DNA of 64,000 bases from Candidatus Sulfotelmatobacter sp. (GTDB taxonomy: Bacteria > Verrucomicrobiota > Verrucomicrobiia > Limisphaerales > UBA11358): assembly GCA_035485115.1 (NCBI GenBank), contig DATHOG010000166.1, forward strand, positions 1,621 to 65,620. Direction: 5' to 3'. A program made the position numbers and the translations under genes. This document shows, piece by piece, positions 18,401-28,403 of the stretch (the stretch's first letter is position 1; each line of letters opens with the position of its first letter). The notes under the pieces were generated by a model. It searched no databases. It saw only the letters and a list, made by a program, of their open reading frames with translations, and was not told the DNA's origin.

Positions 18401-20343
18401 TTTATCTGGGACTAGTTGGCATTACAAACATTGACGAATTCAAAGCCACCCGCACCAACTCCCAAAGTTATTATCGTCCTTTGGATTCAACTGTCATCCA
18501 GCTCGCCAGCCCGGCTGCTCCATCTGGAACCGAACAAAAATTTGTCACGGATGCGGCCAATGGCGGCACCAACAAAGAAGTTGCGATTGCATTTGACACT
18601 CCCGGGGACTGGCAGGACTACACCAGAACCGTTGCCAGCAGCGGACAGTCCATCCAGCCCGGAACCTATAATGTGTATTGCTATCTGGCCGATTCCGGCT
18701 CGGGCAACATGGTCAAATTCTACCAGGTCACCAACGGCACCCCGAACACAACGAACCAATTGACGAGCTTGATAGGTAATTTTGGCGGCCCGTCATTCAC
18801 CGATGCTTCCTTTAATAATTTCGTCTACGCGCCTTTGGTGGATGCATTTGGTAATCGGATTGAGCTGGCTGTTACAAACCTGGGTGCCCAGACATTCAGG
18901 GCTCAAATCGCCTCCGGCGTCACGCCGAATGTGGGCTTCTATATGTTTGTGCCCTATGTGCCCACCTTGAATCCTGAGGTTTTAAATGTTTATCCTACGA
19001 ACGGGGTTTTTGAACCCACCAACTCATTTGGCATCACGATTGGACAGGGGAACGGCGTTGCGATATCCACCAACGGCATTGGCTTGACGGTAAATGGTGT
19101 GACCATCCCCACATCAGGGCTGACCTTCACGTCATTGGTTGGCGGGGGCTGGACGGTAAACTATCCCATTCTGTCGAATAACGTGTATACCATCGTGATC
19201 AATGTAACAAACCAAAATGGATATACGGTAACCTATTCGGATAGTTTCAATACATTCGATGTTGTTCACAACTTTCATTGGCTGGCAGTTGATTATGACT
19301 TCAGCACCAACAATGGCACCAGCAGCGGCGGTAGTATTGGCGATGGCTGGACGGGTGGACTTTTCATAAATAATCCAATTGCAACGGGGGACAACCAGGC
19401 GCCAACTAATTCCCAACCTTGGGAGCTTCAGACGAACAGCTATTTTGGTTATCCCACCGGCTTTGGCCCATCCGGCATTGGACCGCTTGGTGGCGACACA
19501 CTTGCCAATTTGGGCGCAGTTGCACATCAGGGTGTTGACATTAATTGGCTTACCAACGCGACACAAGATTCCGGCGGGATAACTTCCAATTCCGTTTATC
19601 GTTTGCAAAGCGTTTTCTTTGGCGGAGGGGCGGCTGAAGTAAATGACGGCGATGGCGTGGGCACTCAAATTGCTGCTGACTCCTTCCTGTTGCCTGAGTT
19701 TAATTATGCGATAACCAATGACGCCTCCTCAAGCGGCACAGACACCAACATATGCGAATTCAATATAGCATATTTCTACGCCACTAATTGGTTGAATTAT
19801 ACCCGCACATTCCCGACCGGGACATTCAATATCTGGGGCCGGCTGGGGGCTGGTGGTGGCGCATTTAGTGGATGCACGCTGAGCATGGTCACGAATGGTT
19901 GGGGCACATCAAATGAACTTACAACTGTGCTGGGTTCATTCTCTGATCCAAGCCCGGCCGGATGGCAAACATATCATTGGATTGAATTATTGGATACCAA
20001 CAGCAATCCCGTATATGTAACATTAAATGGCCAAACCACGTTAAGGTTGACGGCTCCAACGAATGCGACCTCGGCGGGCAATGGCTTGAATCCGTTGTTC
20101 TTCATGCTGGCGCCGGCGACTGCGTCCGCATCGGCGTTCAACATCTCGGCCGCGGACGTCGGTGGCAACCTGCAGATCTCGATTCCGACGCAATCCGGTC
20201 ATAGCTATACGGTCTGGTATTCCGCCGGCCTCACGCCGGCAAGCTGGTCACAGGTTGGGGGCTCCATCCCCGGCGATGGCACCACGCATACGGTGAACGA
20301 GTCCATTAGCGGCAGCGGATTCTTCAAGGTCCAAGCTCAATGA
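15439..20343 (+). CDS. Giant secreted repeat protein (beta-helix/Ig-like repeats) with two CBM-like modules and a conserved C-terminal tail domain
   Basis: 1634 aa with an N-terminal signal ([23 protein letters not shown]; an alternative start is at 15478). The body is Gly/Thr/Asn/Ser-rich. Modules begin [19 protein letters not shown] (about 18325-18965) and ...[24 protein letters not shown]...LFFMLAP (about 19265-20115). The tail ends ...[10 protein letters not shown]. The last two modules are clearly paralogous to the PL8 C-terminus. Confidence 0.8.
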   Translation: MKTPPKTSKAKCIMTKIPAATLALVVGFVFVQIAGAAPTNFTWNASSPGNWSSPGNWAPATSAAGPTSTDIATFGSTFESASPTTVNNTVDTSRIISILSFSNLTSSGSYAYPVTSIPSGNTLTVTNYFQVGGIAQAASSGAVSSYAYFVGGGTLNVTAPGLVVADGGSATGGQPCSYLYLQGLTNFSYNNPTGTFGVATNGGPNNSNTGSTYNRVSGTVILACGSNNITAGLIDLGAPTTATVGCGMIGPTSPTIFGTEPNGVQNYSGPIASGNPNELTLGPGTNKINAATILVAGFKNPFIVTNSGGGLRIRGVSGAESDANVNITVGNRNAGGGTGQTTGWLMFNGSYVDIKANTFILGKDTDSATVGSSAVGGNGLLQFDTGTITANSFLMADNGGANAGSIQADCNGEIIVGAHGTLNVGAGQLFALATSTRTGPSAGFLIASNGLINCQGPIVMGASSNSIPPSSAGYANGIIQLIGHGTLNMGPNSYVGVLTNPVTGLMLDTNSVFSLSIPNPGYTNVCVSQLAWPSPDNGLTLSIAAIPAGITNGETFPFLSYQTLTPSVGYVSPTTTGVTTNFLINDTTNTTLAGFNPNVVLPIGVGGFMYASNNNVIYLQLTSGAGAGIGGVNLLTNGYFIYGASNWVASGSGATIVNTSSTYGNTSVCTHDGRTIVTLPNTGTNVARLTGTGVTTGSTNIWSQTLPVYANSQIVPGSTVLSPGAAVTIGSSTYLAHEDAMSGADSFYYEVDFLDTNNNLIAAYESTILTNLSCSSPGVDQWNLLAITNQMQITGGLNTGVVVGSVSNASVIVPAQSANAIFKAVLVQRNAADLGSIYFSGANIGFLSSPVGPSLSAVNPNLVTLCTNGFLTTVASSSSTAISSVQVTAVTTTLAGSVTNTTSYTNNSSAGMTVAGLGTSAANISLTLTANTIYQSVVVSIADADGLSVTAAPVNFDTLSPNLVIEAADFNYSGGSFIDTPPNGGLALYLGLVGITNIDEFKATRTNSQSYYRPLDSTVIQLASPAAPSGTEQKFVTDAANGGTNKEVAIAFDTPGDWQDYTRTVASSGQSIQPGTYNVYCYLADSGSGNMVKFYQVTNGTPNTTNQLTSLIGNFGGPSFTDASFNNFVYAPLVDAFGNRIELAVTNLGAQTFRAQIASGVTPNVGFYMFVPYVPTLNPEVLNVYPTNGVFEPTNSFGITIGQGNGVAISTNGIGLTVNGVTIPTSGLTFTSLVGGGWTVNYPILSNNVYTIVINVTNQNGYTVTYSDSFNTFDVVHNFHWLAVDYDFSTNNGTSSGGSIGDGWTGGLFINNPIATGDNQAPTNSQPWELQTNSYFGYPTGFGPSGIGPLGGDTLANLGAVAHQGVDINWLTNATQDSGGITSNSVYRLQSVFFGGGAAEVNDGDGVGTQIAADSFLLPEFNYAITNDASSSGTDTNICEFNIAYFYATNWLNYTRTFPTGTFNIWGRLGAGGGAFSGCTLSMVTNGWGTSNELTTVLGSFSDPSPAGWQTYHWIELLDTNSNPVYVTLNGQTTLRLTAPTNATSAGNGLNPLFFMLAPATASASAFNISAADVGGNLQISIPTQSGHSYTVWYSAGLTPASWSQVGGSIPGDGTTHTVNESISGSGFFKVQAQ

Positions 20344-21278
20344 TCAAGAAAGGCATGCCCATGAAAAACCAAACATTGAAAGTTCGCCGGAATCGTTCCA
20401 GCAGGCAGGGATTTACGTTGATCGAACTGCTGGTGGTCATCGCCATCATCGCCATTCTCGCCGCGATGCTTTTGCCGGCACTGGCGTCAGCGAAGAAAAA
20501 GGCCCAAGGCATTGGATGCATGAACAATCTGAAGCAATTATGTGTGGGGTGGAAAATGTATTCCGGGGACAACCAGGATCATTTGGCTCCCAATGGCCTT
20601 GAAGCAGACCAGCCCAGCAGCCTCACTGACACAACCAAACCGCAATGGTGTCCCGGGCGGCAGGATTTGGCTTATCCGGCAGCCATGGGAGTCAGTCCCG
20701 CGAACACGCTTCCAAGCAGCCCTACCGGCAATAACGGCGATAAATGTATTCAAATGGGCGTGATATATCCTTACATCAACAATTTGGCGTCTTATAAATG
20801 TCCAGCTGACCAGTTCGGCATCCAGTTATCGGGATTCGCCGGCAACGTCTACTATACTCACGTTCGCAGCATGTCCATGAACTCGTGGCTGGGTCCCATC
20901 TCAGTTTGGAACGCCGGCAGTGCTTTGGTTCAAAACCTCGTTATCTACTATAAAGAGACGGCCATAAGATATCCTTCTGACACGTGGGTTTTTATGGATG
21001 AAAATCCATATAGCATGAACGACGGCAGCTTTCTCGTCCTGCCAGGGGGGACAAGCTGGATTGATTGTCCGGCAACCTATCACAATGGCTGCAATGGAAT
21101 GGCCTTTGTAGACGGCCATGCGGAGATTCATAAATGGCATGATGCCGCGGTGTTGAATGGTTATGCTCCGCCGGCAGTCCCGTACGGCAACCCAAGTTAC
21201 ACACAGGTTGCACCGGCCCAAAATCCGGCGACAGATTTGAACTGGCTGCAAAGCAAAACCACCCAAACCATTAATTAA
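20340..21278 (+). CDS. Prepilin-type N-terminal cleavage/methylation domain protein, DUF1559/H-X9-DG class (pseudopilin-like)
   Basis: [25 protein letters not shown] follows a short basic leader. The C-terminal motif is [16 protein letters not shown] (H-X9-DG). The first ATG overlaps the upstream stop (ATGA at 20340-20343); alternative starts are at 20355 and 20361. Confidence 0.85.
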   Translation: MIKKGMPMKNQTLKVRRNRSSRQGFTLIELLVVIAIIAILAAMLLPALASAKKKAQGIGCMNNLKQLCVGWKMYSGDNQDHLAPNGLEADQPSSLTDTTKPQWCPGRQDLAYPAAMGVSPANTLPSSPTGNNGDKCIQMGVIYPYINNLASYKCPADQFGIQLSGFAGNVYYTHVRSMSMNSWLGPISVWNAGSALVQNLVIYYKETAIRYPSDTWVFMDENPYSMNDGSFLVLPGGTSWIDCPATYHNGCNGMAFVDGHAEIHKWHDAAVLNGYAPPAVPYGNPSYTQVAPAQNPATDLNWLQSKTTQTIN

Positions 21279-21375
21279 GCCGGATGGCACTTTCAGTTGT
21301 GGAGCTGTTTGTTTTCCGGTTATAATCCGTTCGAAGTAGATTCTCCGCAGCTCTTGAATGCGCAGGTGAAAACTG

Positions 21376-21412
21376 CGCCCCCTCTAAATAGGGATGGTGC
21401 GGATTTGTTATT
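21376..21412. promoter_or_regulatory. Degenerate copy of the CCCCCTC-N4 motif (site C) upstream of GH3
   Basis: GCGCCCCCTCTAAATAGGGATGGTGCGGATTTGTTA. The left arm is intact (21378-21384) and the right arm is degenerate. It shares the GGATTTGTT tail with site A and lies 40-56 nt upstream of the GH3 ATG. Confidence 0.3.
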
Positions 21413-21433
21413 TCAACCAAAATCATTGGGCTC

Positions 21434-23194
21434 ATGATGTCTTCACCATCCCGCACCTTGTTTCCAATCCTGTTCGCCGCCGCCTTTTCGATCAGTGCCA
21501 TTAGCGCGCCGACGGACAAGGACATCGACCGGCGCGTAAACGAGCTGCTGCAGCAAATGACGCTGGACGAAAAAATCGGACAGATGACCCAGGTGGATTC
21601 CGATGCGCTGGCGGGTAACGAAGGGAACGTGCAAAAATACTTTTTGGGTTCCGTGTTGAGCGGTGGTTCGTCGGACCCGGACGGCGGCGACAATTCGCCG
21701 CAGAGCTGGCTGCGGTACTCCGCAAAATTTGAAGCGCAGGCGCTGGAAACCCGTTTAAAAATCCCGTTGCTCTACGGCATCGATGCCGTTCACGGCCATA
21801 ATAACATCGATGGCGCGGTGATTTTTCCGCACAACGTCGGCATGGGCGCGACGCATGATGCGAAACTGGTCCGGCGCGAGGAAGAGGTCACCGCTGCGGA
21901 AATCGCCGGCACCGGCATCAATTGGGCGTTTGCGCCATGCATCGCCGTGGCACGCAATGAACGGTGGGGACGCACGTACGAAAGTTACAGCGACGATCCG
22001 GCGCTGGTTGCCAAGCTCGGGGCGGCGGCGGTGACGGGGATGCAGGGCAAGGAACTTTCCGACAGCCCGGTTTCCGTCCTGGCCTGCGCAAAACATTTTG
22101 TCGGTGACGGCGGCACGGCCAACGGGGTTGACCAGGGCAATGCCGTTTGCGACGAGGCGACGCTGCGCAAAGTGTATCTGGCGCCCTATCGCGCGGCCAT
22201 CAAGGCGGGGGCCGGTTCGATCATGGTTTCCTACAGCAGTTGGAACGGCGAAAAAATGAGCGGTAATAAACATCTGCTCACGGACGTCCTGAAAAATGAA
22301 ATGGGTTTCAAGGGATTTTTGATCTCCGACTGGGCCGCCATCGACCAGTTGGGAAAAGATTATAAATCGGATGTCGAAAAATCCATCAACGCCGGCATGG
22401 ACATGGTGATGATTCCTTACGGGCCGGACAAAAAGAACAATTACGTCGAGTTCATCGACGATCTAAAAGCGTTGGTGGGCGAAGGCAAGGTTCCACAATC
22501 ACGCGTCGACGATGCGGTGGCGAGAATTTTGCGGGTCAAATTACAGATGGGACTGTTCGACCGGCCGGCGGTTGACCCGGCGTTGACGGCGGCGATTGGT
22601 TCGCCGGAACATCGTGCGGTGGCGCGGCAGGCAGTGCGCGAATCATTGGTATTGTTGAAAAACAATAAAAACATGCTGCCGCTGTCTAAAAATATCAAGC
22701 GGCTGGCCGTGATCGGCGCGGGGGCGGATGACCTGGGCATGCAATGCGGCGGCTGGACGATCAGCTGGCAGGGCTCGCATGGCAATGTGACGCATGGCGG
22801 AACAACAATCCTGACGGCGATCCGGCAGGCGGTTTCGCCGGAAACCCAGGTGACATATTCAGCCGATGGCAGCAATGTGGAAGATCCCGATGCGGTGATC
22901 GTGGTGGTGGGTGAATCGCCGTACGCGGAGATGAAAGGCGACCGGACCAACCTGGATATCTCGGCGGCGGATGCGGCGCTGATCACCGAGGCCAAAAAAC
23001 TGGGCGCGCCGGTGGTGACGGTTTTGCTGTCCGGCCGGCCCCTGGTTTTGCGTTCGGCGTTGGATGAGAGTGATGCGTTCGTGGCGGCCTGGCTGCCGGG
23101 CACGGAAGGCGAAGGCGTGACGGACGATCTGTTTGGCGACGCCAAATTCACCGGCAAACTGGCGCGCGCATGGCCGCAAGACAGCCTGCGCTGA
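21434..23194 (+). CDS. GH3 beta-glucosidase / exo-beta-glucanase
   Basis: 586 aa with a signal peptide. Motifs: [29 protein letters not shown] and GFLISDW (nucleophile Asp), followed by a C-terminal alpha/beta sandwich. Confidence 0.9.
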   Translation: MMSSPSRTLFPILFAAAFSISAISAPTDKDIDRRVNELLQQMTLDEKIGQMTQVDSDALAGNEGNVQKYFLGSVLSGGSSDPDGGDNSPQSWLRYSAKFEAQALETRLKIPLLYGIDAVHGHNNIDGAVIFPHNVGMGATHDAKLVRREEEVTAAEIAGTGINWAFAPCIAVARNERWGRTYESYSDDPALVAKLGAAAVTGMQGKELSDSPVSVLACAKHFVGDGGTANGVDQGNAVCDEATLRKVYLAPYRAAIKAGAGSIMVSYSSWNGEKMSGNKHLLTDVLKNEMGFKGFLISDWAAIDQLGKDYKSDVEKSINAGMDMVMIPYGPDKKNNYVEFIDDLKALVGEGKVPQSRVDDAVARILRVKLQMGLFDRPAVDPALTAAIGSPEHRAVARQAVRESLVLLKNNKNMLPLSKNIKRLAVIGAGADDLGMQCGGWTISWQGSHGNVTHGGTTILTAIRQAVSPETQVTYSADGSNVEDPDAVIVVVGESPYAEMKGDRTNLDISAADAALITEAKKLGAPVVTVLLSGRPLVLRSALDESDAFVAAWLPGTEGEGVTDDLFGDAKFTGKLARAWPQDSLR

Positions 23195-23201
23195 TAACCT
23201 T

Positions 23202-24380
23202 GTGCGTTTCCTTTTTCTACGGTTCGCGCTGCTGTTTATGCTTGCGGTTTGCGTTCCGGCGATAGCTTTGCCGCCGGGGCTGATGATTGATGTGGCGGGG
23301 ATCGATCATGACCGGATTCTCCGGGCGGCGGACGCTGCGCTGCAACTGGAGCCGATCACCATCACGAAGTGGCATTCCAATCTAAGCGAGGGCGGGACGA
23401 ATGATTTTTATTCCAACGCGGATTATTTCTGGCCCGACCCAAAGAAGCCGGACGGCCTGCCCTATATCAACCGCGACGGCGAATCGAATCCGAACAATTT
23501 CTGGCAGCACCGGATGGCCATGCGCAATCTGCGGGACGCGGTGGCGGCGCTGGCGGCGGCCTACAAGGTCACCGGCGAGGAGCGTTACGCGGTCAAGGCG
23601 GCGGAATTGTTACGGGTATTTTTTCTGGACCCGCAGACACGGATGAACCCGAACCTGCAATACGCGCAGGCCGTGCCGGGCAGTTCGCCGGGGCGTAGCT
23701 GGGGCATCATCGATGGGCTGCATCTGATCGAGATCCCGCCGGCCATCACCGCCATGGAAAAATCGCCGGCCTTTACGCCGGCATTGACCGATGGATTGAA
23801 ACAATGGTTTCAGGCAATGTCTGATTGGATGATGACGAGCACGAACGGCCGGGCGGAGGCCACCGCGCACAACAACCATGCGGTAGCGTACTGGTTGCAG
23901 ATCGCCTGTTACGCGCGTTTCACCGGCGATGAGGCGAAGTTGGCGGATTGCCGCCGCCAGTTCAAGGAGGTGTTCGTGCCGGTCCAGATGACGACGAACG
24001 GAAGTTTCCCGCTCGAGCTGGCGCGCACCAAACCTTACGGCTATTCCATCTTCCAACTCGATAACATGGTCGCGCTCTGCCAGGTGCTTTCGACGCCGTC
24101 CGACGATCTCTGGAAATATGAACTGCCGGATGGCCGCGGCATCCGTGTGGCGGTCGCGTATCTGTATCCGTTTTTGGCGGATAAATCCAAGTGGCCACTT
24201 AAGCCGGATGTTCAGGCATGGGAATCGTGGCCGTCGCGACAGCCGGGTTTATTGTTTGCGGGCCTCGCGCTACGCAAACCCGAATATCTGGAGCTGTGGG
24301 AAAAATTACCGGCGGATCCGGTTGATCCTGAAGTCCGGCGTAACATCGCCATCACGCAACCTATTCTTTGGATTCAGTAA
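23202..24380 (+). CDS. Alginate-lyase-fold (PF05426-like, PL5-type alpha/alpha toroid) protein
   Basis: WHSNLSEGGTNDFYSNADYFWPDP, RMAMRNLRDAV and HNNHAVAYWLQIA resemble the alginate_lyase family. A GTG at 23202 gives a signal peptide (VRFLFLRFALLFMLAVCVPAIA). An ATG alternative is at 23238, and the listed ORF start 23133 overlaps GH3. Confidence 0.65.
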   Translation: MRFLFLRFALLFMLAVCVPAIALPPGLMIDVAGIDHDRILRAADAALQLEPITITKWHSNLSEGGTNDFYSNADYFWPDPKKPDGLPYINRDGESNPNNFWQHRMAMRNLRDAVAALAAAYKVTGEERYAVKAAELLRVFFLDPQTRMNPNLQYAQAVPGSSPGRSWGIIDGLHLIEIPPAITAMEKSPAFTPALTDGLKQWFQAMSDWMMTSTNGRAEATAHNNHAVAYWLQIACYARFTGDEAKLADCRRQFKEVFVPVQMTTNGSFPLELARTKPYGYSIFQLDNMVALCQVLSTPSDDLWKYELPDGRGIRVAVAYLYPFLADKSKWPLKPDVQAWESWPSRQPGLLFAGLALRKPEYLELWEKLPADPVDPEVRRNIAITQPILWIQ

Positions 24381-24454
24381 AGTCACGGGTTTGTCCATGA
24401 TCCGCCGGCAGCATTAAAACTTGCCACCGGGAACCTGAAACTTTTTAATGCCGC

Positions 24455-25564
24455 ATGGACTCACGGGAAGCATTCGTTGCGTTGAACATGATCGAGGGCG
24501 TCGGGCCGATACGTGCCCGTTCGTTGCTCGAGCATTTCGGCGATGCCGTCAAAATCCTTTCCGCCACCAAAAGTTCGCTGCTCCGCGTCCATAATATCGG
24601 CGAAGACACTGCTGAAAAAATTTCCACGTGGGAAAAATCCATTGACCTGCCGGGCGAACTCAAACGCATCACCGATTTCGGCTGTCATGTGTTGATCCAG
24701 TCGGATGAAAATTATCCCGCGATGCTCCGCGAGATCTACGACCCGCCGCTGGTGCTGTACGTGAAAGGCGGGATCACCGCGAAGGATAAAAACGCCGTGG
24801 CGATAGTCGGCTCGCGCATGACCACGCACTACGGCATCGAGACCGCGCGCAAGCTTTCGTATCAGCTTGCCTACACGAGCGTGACGGTGGTGAGCGGCGG
24901 GGCGCGCGGCATTGATACTGCGGCGCATCAGGGCGCATTGTCGGGCAAGGGCCGGACGATTGCGGTATTGGGAACAGGAATCAATTTGATTTTCCCGCCA
25001 GAGAATGCGGAGCTGTTCGAGCGCATCGCGGCGAACGGCGCCGTGATGACGCAATTCCCATTCAACCGCCCGGCGGACAAGCAAAGTTTCCCCATCCGCA
25101 ACCGCATCGTGGCGGGCATGACGCTGGGCACGGTGGTCGTGGAGGCAAACCTGACGAGCGGCGCGTTGATCACGGCGAATTTTGCCACGGAATACGGACG
25201 GCAGATTTTTGCGGTGCCGGGTCGCATCGATTCGCCGCGTAGCAAGGGCTGCCATGACCTCATCAAAAAGGGGGCGAAGCTGTGCGAGGGCGTGGAAGAC
25301 ATCCTGAGCGAGTTCGAGTATCTGTTTCCCGCGAGCAACAAACCGCCCACGGCGAGCGAGACGGGCGTTTTACCCGCGCTGGAATTGAACGGGAACGAGC
25401 AAAAGGTTTTTGATGCCGTGCAGACGGACGACGAGTCGAGCATCGACGAGATCATCCGGGCGAGCGGCCTGCCGAGTTCGGCGGTGAACGTGGCGCTGTT
25501 CAGCCTGGAAATGAAACGGCTCGTGAAACAGTTGCCGGGAAAACTGTTCGTGCGGAACCAGTGA
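24455..25564 (+). CDS. dprA: DNA-processing protein DprA (Smf)
   Basis: 369 aa. Motifs: IVGSRMTTHYG, VVSGGARGIDTAAHQGAL, PIRNRIVAGM, and a C-terminal winged-helix tail. Confidence 0.9.
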   Translation: MDSREAFVALNMIEGVGPIRARSLLEHFGDAVKILSATKSSLLRVHNIGEDTAEKISTWEKSIDLPGELKRITDFGCHVLIQSDENYPAMLREIYDPPLVLYVKGGITAKDKNAVAIVGSRMTTHYGIETARKLSYQLAYTSVTVVSGGARGIDTAAHQGALSGKGRTIAVLGTGINLIFPPENAELFERIAANGAVMTQFPFNRPADKQSFPIRNRIVAGMTLGTVVVEANLTSGALITANFATEYGRQIFAVPGRIDSPRSKGCHDLIKKGAKLCEGVEDILSEFEYLFPASNKPPTASETGVLPALELNGNEQKVFDAVQTDDESSIDEIIRASGLPSSAVNVALFSLEMKRLVKQLPGKLFVRNQ

Positions 25565-25787
25565 ATGGTGGAACGAACACCTTCCCATCAACCCAAAGAT
25601 GGTGGGACGAGCACCTCACCCGCCATAGCCGCTGTTGCTACTCCCCATCGGCTCCGCAGACTTCGCCGACGCGGAGAGGGGGAAACGCTCCCGGCGTCTC
25701 GACGGAGGAACGCAGTGGGTGGTTCAAGGGGTGCAAGGCCCTCTCGCCGTAAACTTCAATTCGTATTTTTGCGGTTTTCGTGGTTAA

Positions 25788-28400
25788 ATGAAGATGATGA
25801 CCGGCGTCGCCGAACAACCCGTTCCGCCCTCCGCAATTTCAGAATTGAAATTGCCGGAGCTGCTCGCGCCTGCCGGCGATTGGGAGTGTGCGCGGGCGGC
25901 CGTGGAAAATGGCGCGGACGCGATCTACTTCGGCCTCGACAAGTTCAACGCGCGGATGCGCGCGCATAATTTCACCGAGGGCGACCTGCCGGCGTTGATG
26001 GAATTTCTCCACCGGCGCGGTGTGCGCGGCTATGTGACGTTCAACACGCTCATCTTCCAGAACGAACTGGCCGACGCGGAAAACTATCTGCGCGCGATCA
26101 TTTCGGCGGGCGTGGACGCGGCCATCGTGCAGGATGTCGGTATCTGCCGGCTGATCCGCCAGCTCTCGCCGGATTTTCCGATCCATTCCTCCACGCAGAT
26201 GACCATCAGCAGCGCGGCGGGTGTGGAGTTCGCGCGGGAACTGGGCTGCAATCTAGCCGTGCTGGCGCGGGAATGTTCGATCGCAGAAATTGAAAAAATT
26301 CGCGCGGCAACGGTCGCAAGCCCGTCACCTGCCACGTCCCGCACATCATTACCATTGGAAGTTTTCGTGCACGGCGCGCTATGCGTGGCGTATTCCGGCC
26401 AGTGTCTCACCAGCGAATCACTCGGAGGGCGCAGCGCCAATCGCGGCGAATGCGCGCAGGCCTGCCGGATGCCGTACGATCTGATTTCGGACGGAAAACA
26501 GATTCCGCTCGGCGATAGAAAATATCTGCTTAGCCCGCAGGATTTGGCAGGCATCGAGGTTTTGCCGGAACTGGTGAAGGCGGGCGTGGCGTCGCTGAAA
26601 ATCGAAGGGCGTTTGAAATCGCCGGAATATGTCGCGAGCATCACGCGGGTATATCGCAAAGCCCTGGATGATTTACAATATACGAATGACGATTTACGCG
26701 CGGCCAATCAGGATCTGCGTAAATTCGAAATTGGAAACCAGAAGTACGAATTGGAGATGTCGTTTTCGCGCGGGCTGTTCACCGGTTGGTTCGGTGGCAA
26801 CGACAATCAGAAGCTGGTACACGCGCGGTTCGGTAAAAAACGCGGCGTGTTTCTGGGCGAGGTTAAAAAACTTATAAACGATGGCGTGGTGACGGATTTG
26901 ATCGCGCCGTTGAAACCCGGCGATGGCATTGTTTTCGATGCCGGCAACCCGGCGGAAAAGGAGGAGGGTGGACGGGTATATGAAATTAAAAATTCAAAAT
27001 TAAAAATTCAAAACGCCGAAGCGGAGCTGCGGTTTGGATATGGCGATATTGATTTTTCGCGGGTGCGTGTCGGTGACAAGATCTGGAAGACGGACGATCC
27101 GGAACTGGATAAAAACCTGCGCCAGACTTTTGCCGGCGAAAAAATCCGTTTTCAACGTCCAGTGGAAATGGAAGTGCACGGCCTTGCCGGCAAACCGCTG
27201 ACGTTGATCGTGCGCGATGAAGAGGGGCACGTGGTCAAGGCGGATTCCACGATGCCGCTGGCGTTGGCGGAAAAAACCCCGCTCAGCGAAGACAAGTTGC
27301 GGGAACAGCTTGGGCGTCTCGGCGGCACGCCGTTCCGACTGGGTGTGTTAAAGAATTTTTTGTCGGGCGAGGTTTTGCTGCCGGTGAGCGAATTGAACCG
27401 CCTGCGTCGCGATGCGGTGGCGGAATTGGAAAAACTTCGGGCACAGCCGAAAAGATGGAAGCTCAGTGAGTGCGGAGTGCGGAGTGCGGAGTGCGGAGTG
27501 AATGAGGCGTCCGTCGGTCTGAAATCCGAAGTGACCAGCCCGCAATTGATTGTTCTCGTCCGCAACCTCCCACAGCTTGAAGCCGCGTTAAAATGCGGCG
27601 TGGAAACGGTTTATTGCGAATTTGAAGACCCCAAGAAGTATCGTGAAGCGGTAACGACGTTTCATACGGCGTTCGGGTGTAAAGCGGGGGTCGGGAACCA
27701 GAAGCCGGGAATTTTCGTCGCGCCGCCACGCATCTTCAAGACGGGTGAGGAGTGGATCTTGAACTTGGTCCGTTCCGCGAATGCCGACGGGTATTTGATC
27801 CGCAATTACGACCATTTGAAGTTTTTCGCGGACACGCGCCGCGTCGGCGATTTTTCCTTGAACGTCGCGAACGGGCTTACGGCGGATTATTTTCGGAATC
27901 GTTACGGTCTCGAACGCGTGACGGCGAGCTATGATCTAAACGCCACGCAGCTCGACGCGTTGCTCCAGGCGGCGCCGCCGGAATGGTTCGAGGTGACGAT
28001 CCACCAGCACATGCCGATGTTCCACATGGAGCATTGCGTGTTCTGCGCTTTTTTGTCGAAGGGAAAAGACTACCACGATTGCGGGCGGCCGTGCGACAAG
28101 CACGAGGTCAGGCTGCGCGATCGTGTGGGCGCGGAGCATCCGCTCAAGGCCGATGCCGGCTGCCGCAACACGGTTTTCAACTCGCAGGCGCAGACCGGCG
28201 CGGAATTCGTGGAGCGCCTGCTCGCGCTCGGCGTCCGGAATTTCCGGATCGAATTTTTGAACGAACCGCCGGAGGAGGTCATGAAGACCATTGCCAAATA
28301 TCGCCAGCTTTTGCGCGGCGAAATTTCCGGCACGCAGTTGTGGCGTGAATTGAAATTGTTCAACCAGCTCGGCGTCACGCGCGGACAAATGGGGAAATAA
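25788..28400 (+). CDS. Tandem U32-family (peptidase U32 / UbiU-UbiV-like Fe-S) protein
   Basis: 870 aa. The N-terminal half has ELLAPAGDWECARAAVENGADAIYFG and the Cys cluster CVAYSGQCLTSESLGGRSANRGECAQACR. The C-terminal half has a second TIM-barrel-like unit (VETVYCEFEDP...) with its own Cys cluster HCVFCAFLSKGKDYHDCGRPC. Confidence 0.8.
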   Translation: MKMMTGVAEQPVPPSAISELKLPELLAPAGDWECARAAVENGADAIYFGLDKFNARMRAHNFTEGDLPALMEFLHRRGVRGYVTFNTLIFQNELADAENYLRAIISAGVDAAIVQDVGICRLIRQLSPDFPIHSSTQMTISSAAGVEFARELGCNLAVLARECSIAEIEKIRAATVASPSPATSRTSLPLEVFVHGALCVAYSGQCLTSESLGGRSANRGECAQACRMPYDLISDGKQIPLGDRKYLLSPQDLAGIEVLPELVKAGVASLKIEGRLKSPEYVASITRVYRKALDDLQYTNDDLRAANQDLRKFEIGNQKYELEMSFSRGLFTGWFGGNDNQKLVHARFGKKRGVFLGEVKKLINDGVVTDLIAPLKPGDGIVFDAGNPAEKEEGGRVYEIKNSKLKIQNAEAELRFGYGDIDFSRVRVGDKIWKTDDPELDKNLRQTFAGEKIRFQRPVEMEVHGLAGKPLTLIVRDEEGHVVKADSTMPLALAEKTPLSEDKLREQLGRLGGTPFRLGVLKNFLSGEVLLPVSELNRLRRDAVAELEKLRAQPKRWKLSECGVRSAECGVNEASVGLKSEVTSPQLIVLVRNLPQLEAALKCGVETVYCEFEDPKKYREAVTTFHTAFGCKAGVGNQKPGIFVAPPRIFKTGEEWILNLVRSANADGYLIRNYDHLKFFADTRRVGDFSLNVANGLTADYFRNRYGLERVTASYDLNATQLDALLQAAPPEWFEVTIHQHMPMFHMEHCVFCAFLSKGKDYHDCGRPCDKHEVRLRDRVGAEHPLKADAGCRNTVFNSQAQTGAEFVERLLALGVRNFRIEFLNEPPEEVMKTIAKYRQLLRGEISGTQLWRELKLFNQLGVTRGQMGK
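26985..27012 (+). repeat. Perfect 14-bp x2 AT-rich tandem repeat inside the U32 CDS
   Basis: ATTAAAAATTCAAA ATTAAAAATTCAAA, encoding IKNSKLKIQN. It is an AT-rich island in an otherwise GC-rich gene. Confidence 0.9.
27465..27500 (+). repeat. Heptanucleotide tandem repeat (AGTGCGG x4 plus partial flanking units) inside the U32 CDS linker
   Basis: Four perfect units at 27469-27496, flanked by AGTG and AGTG(A). Encodes SECGVRSAECGV at the junction of the two U32 halves. Confidence 0.9.
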
Positions 28401-28403
28401 ACC

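Noticed and set aside
25565-25969. 134-aa plus-strand ORF starting right after dprA
   Set aside because: The translation is Arg/Gly-rich low complexity and overlaps the well-supported U32 start at 25788. The region is treated as a structured spacer instead.
27465-27500. Possible CRISPR or other spaced repeat array
   Set aside because: The repeats are contiguous 7-mers without spacers, inside a CDS. No repeat-spacer architecture and no cas genes occur anywhere in the window.
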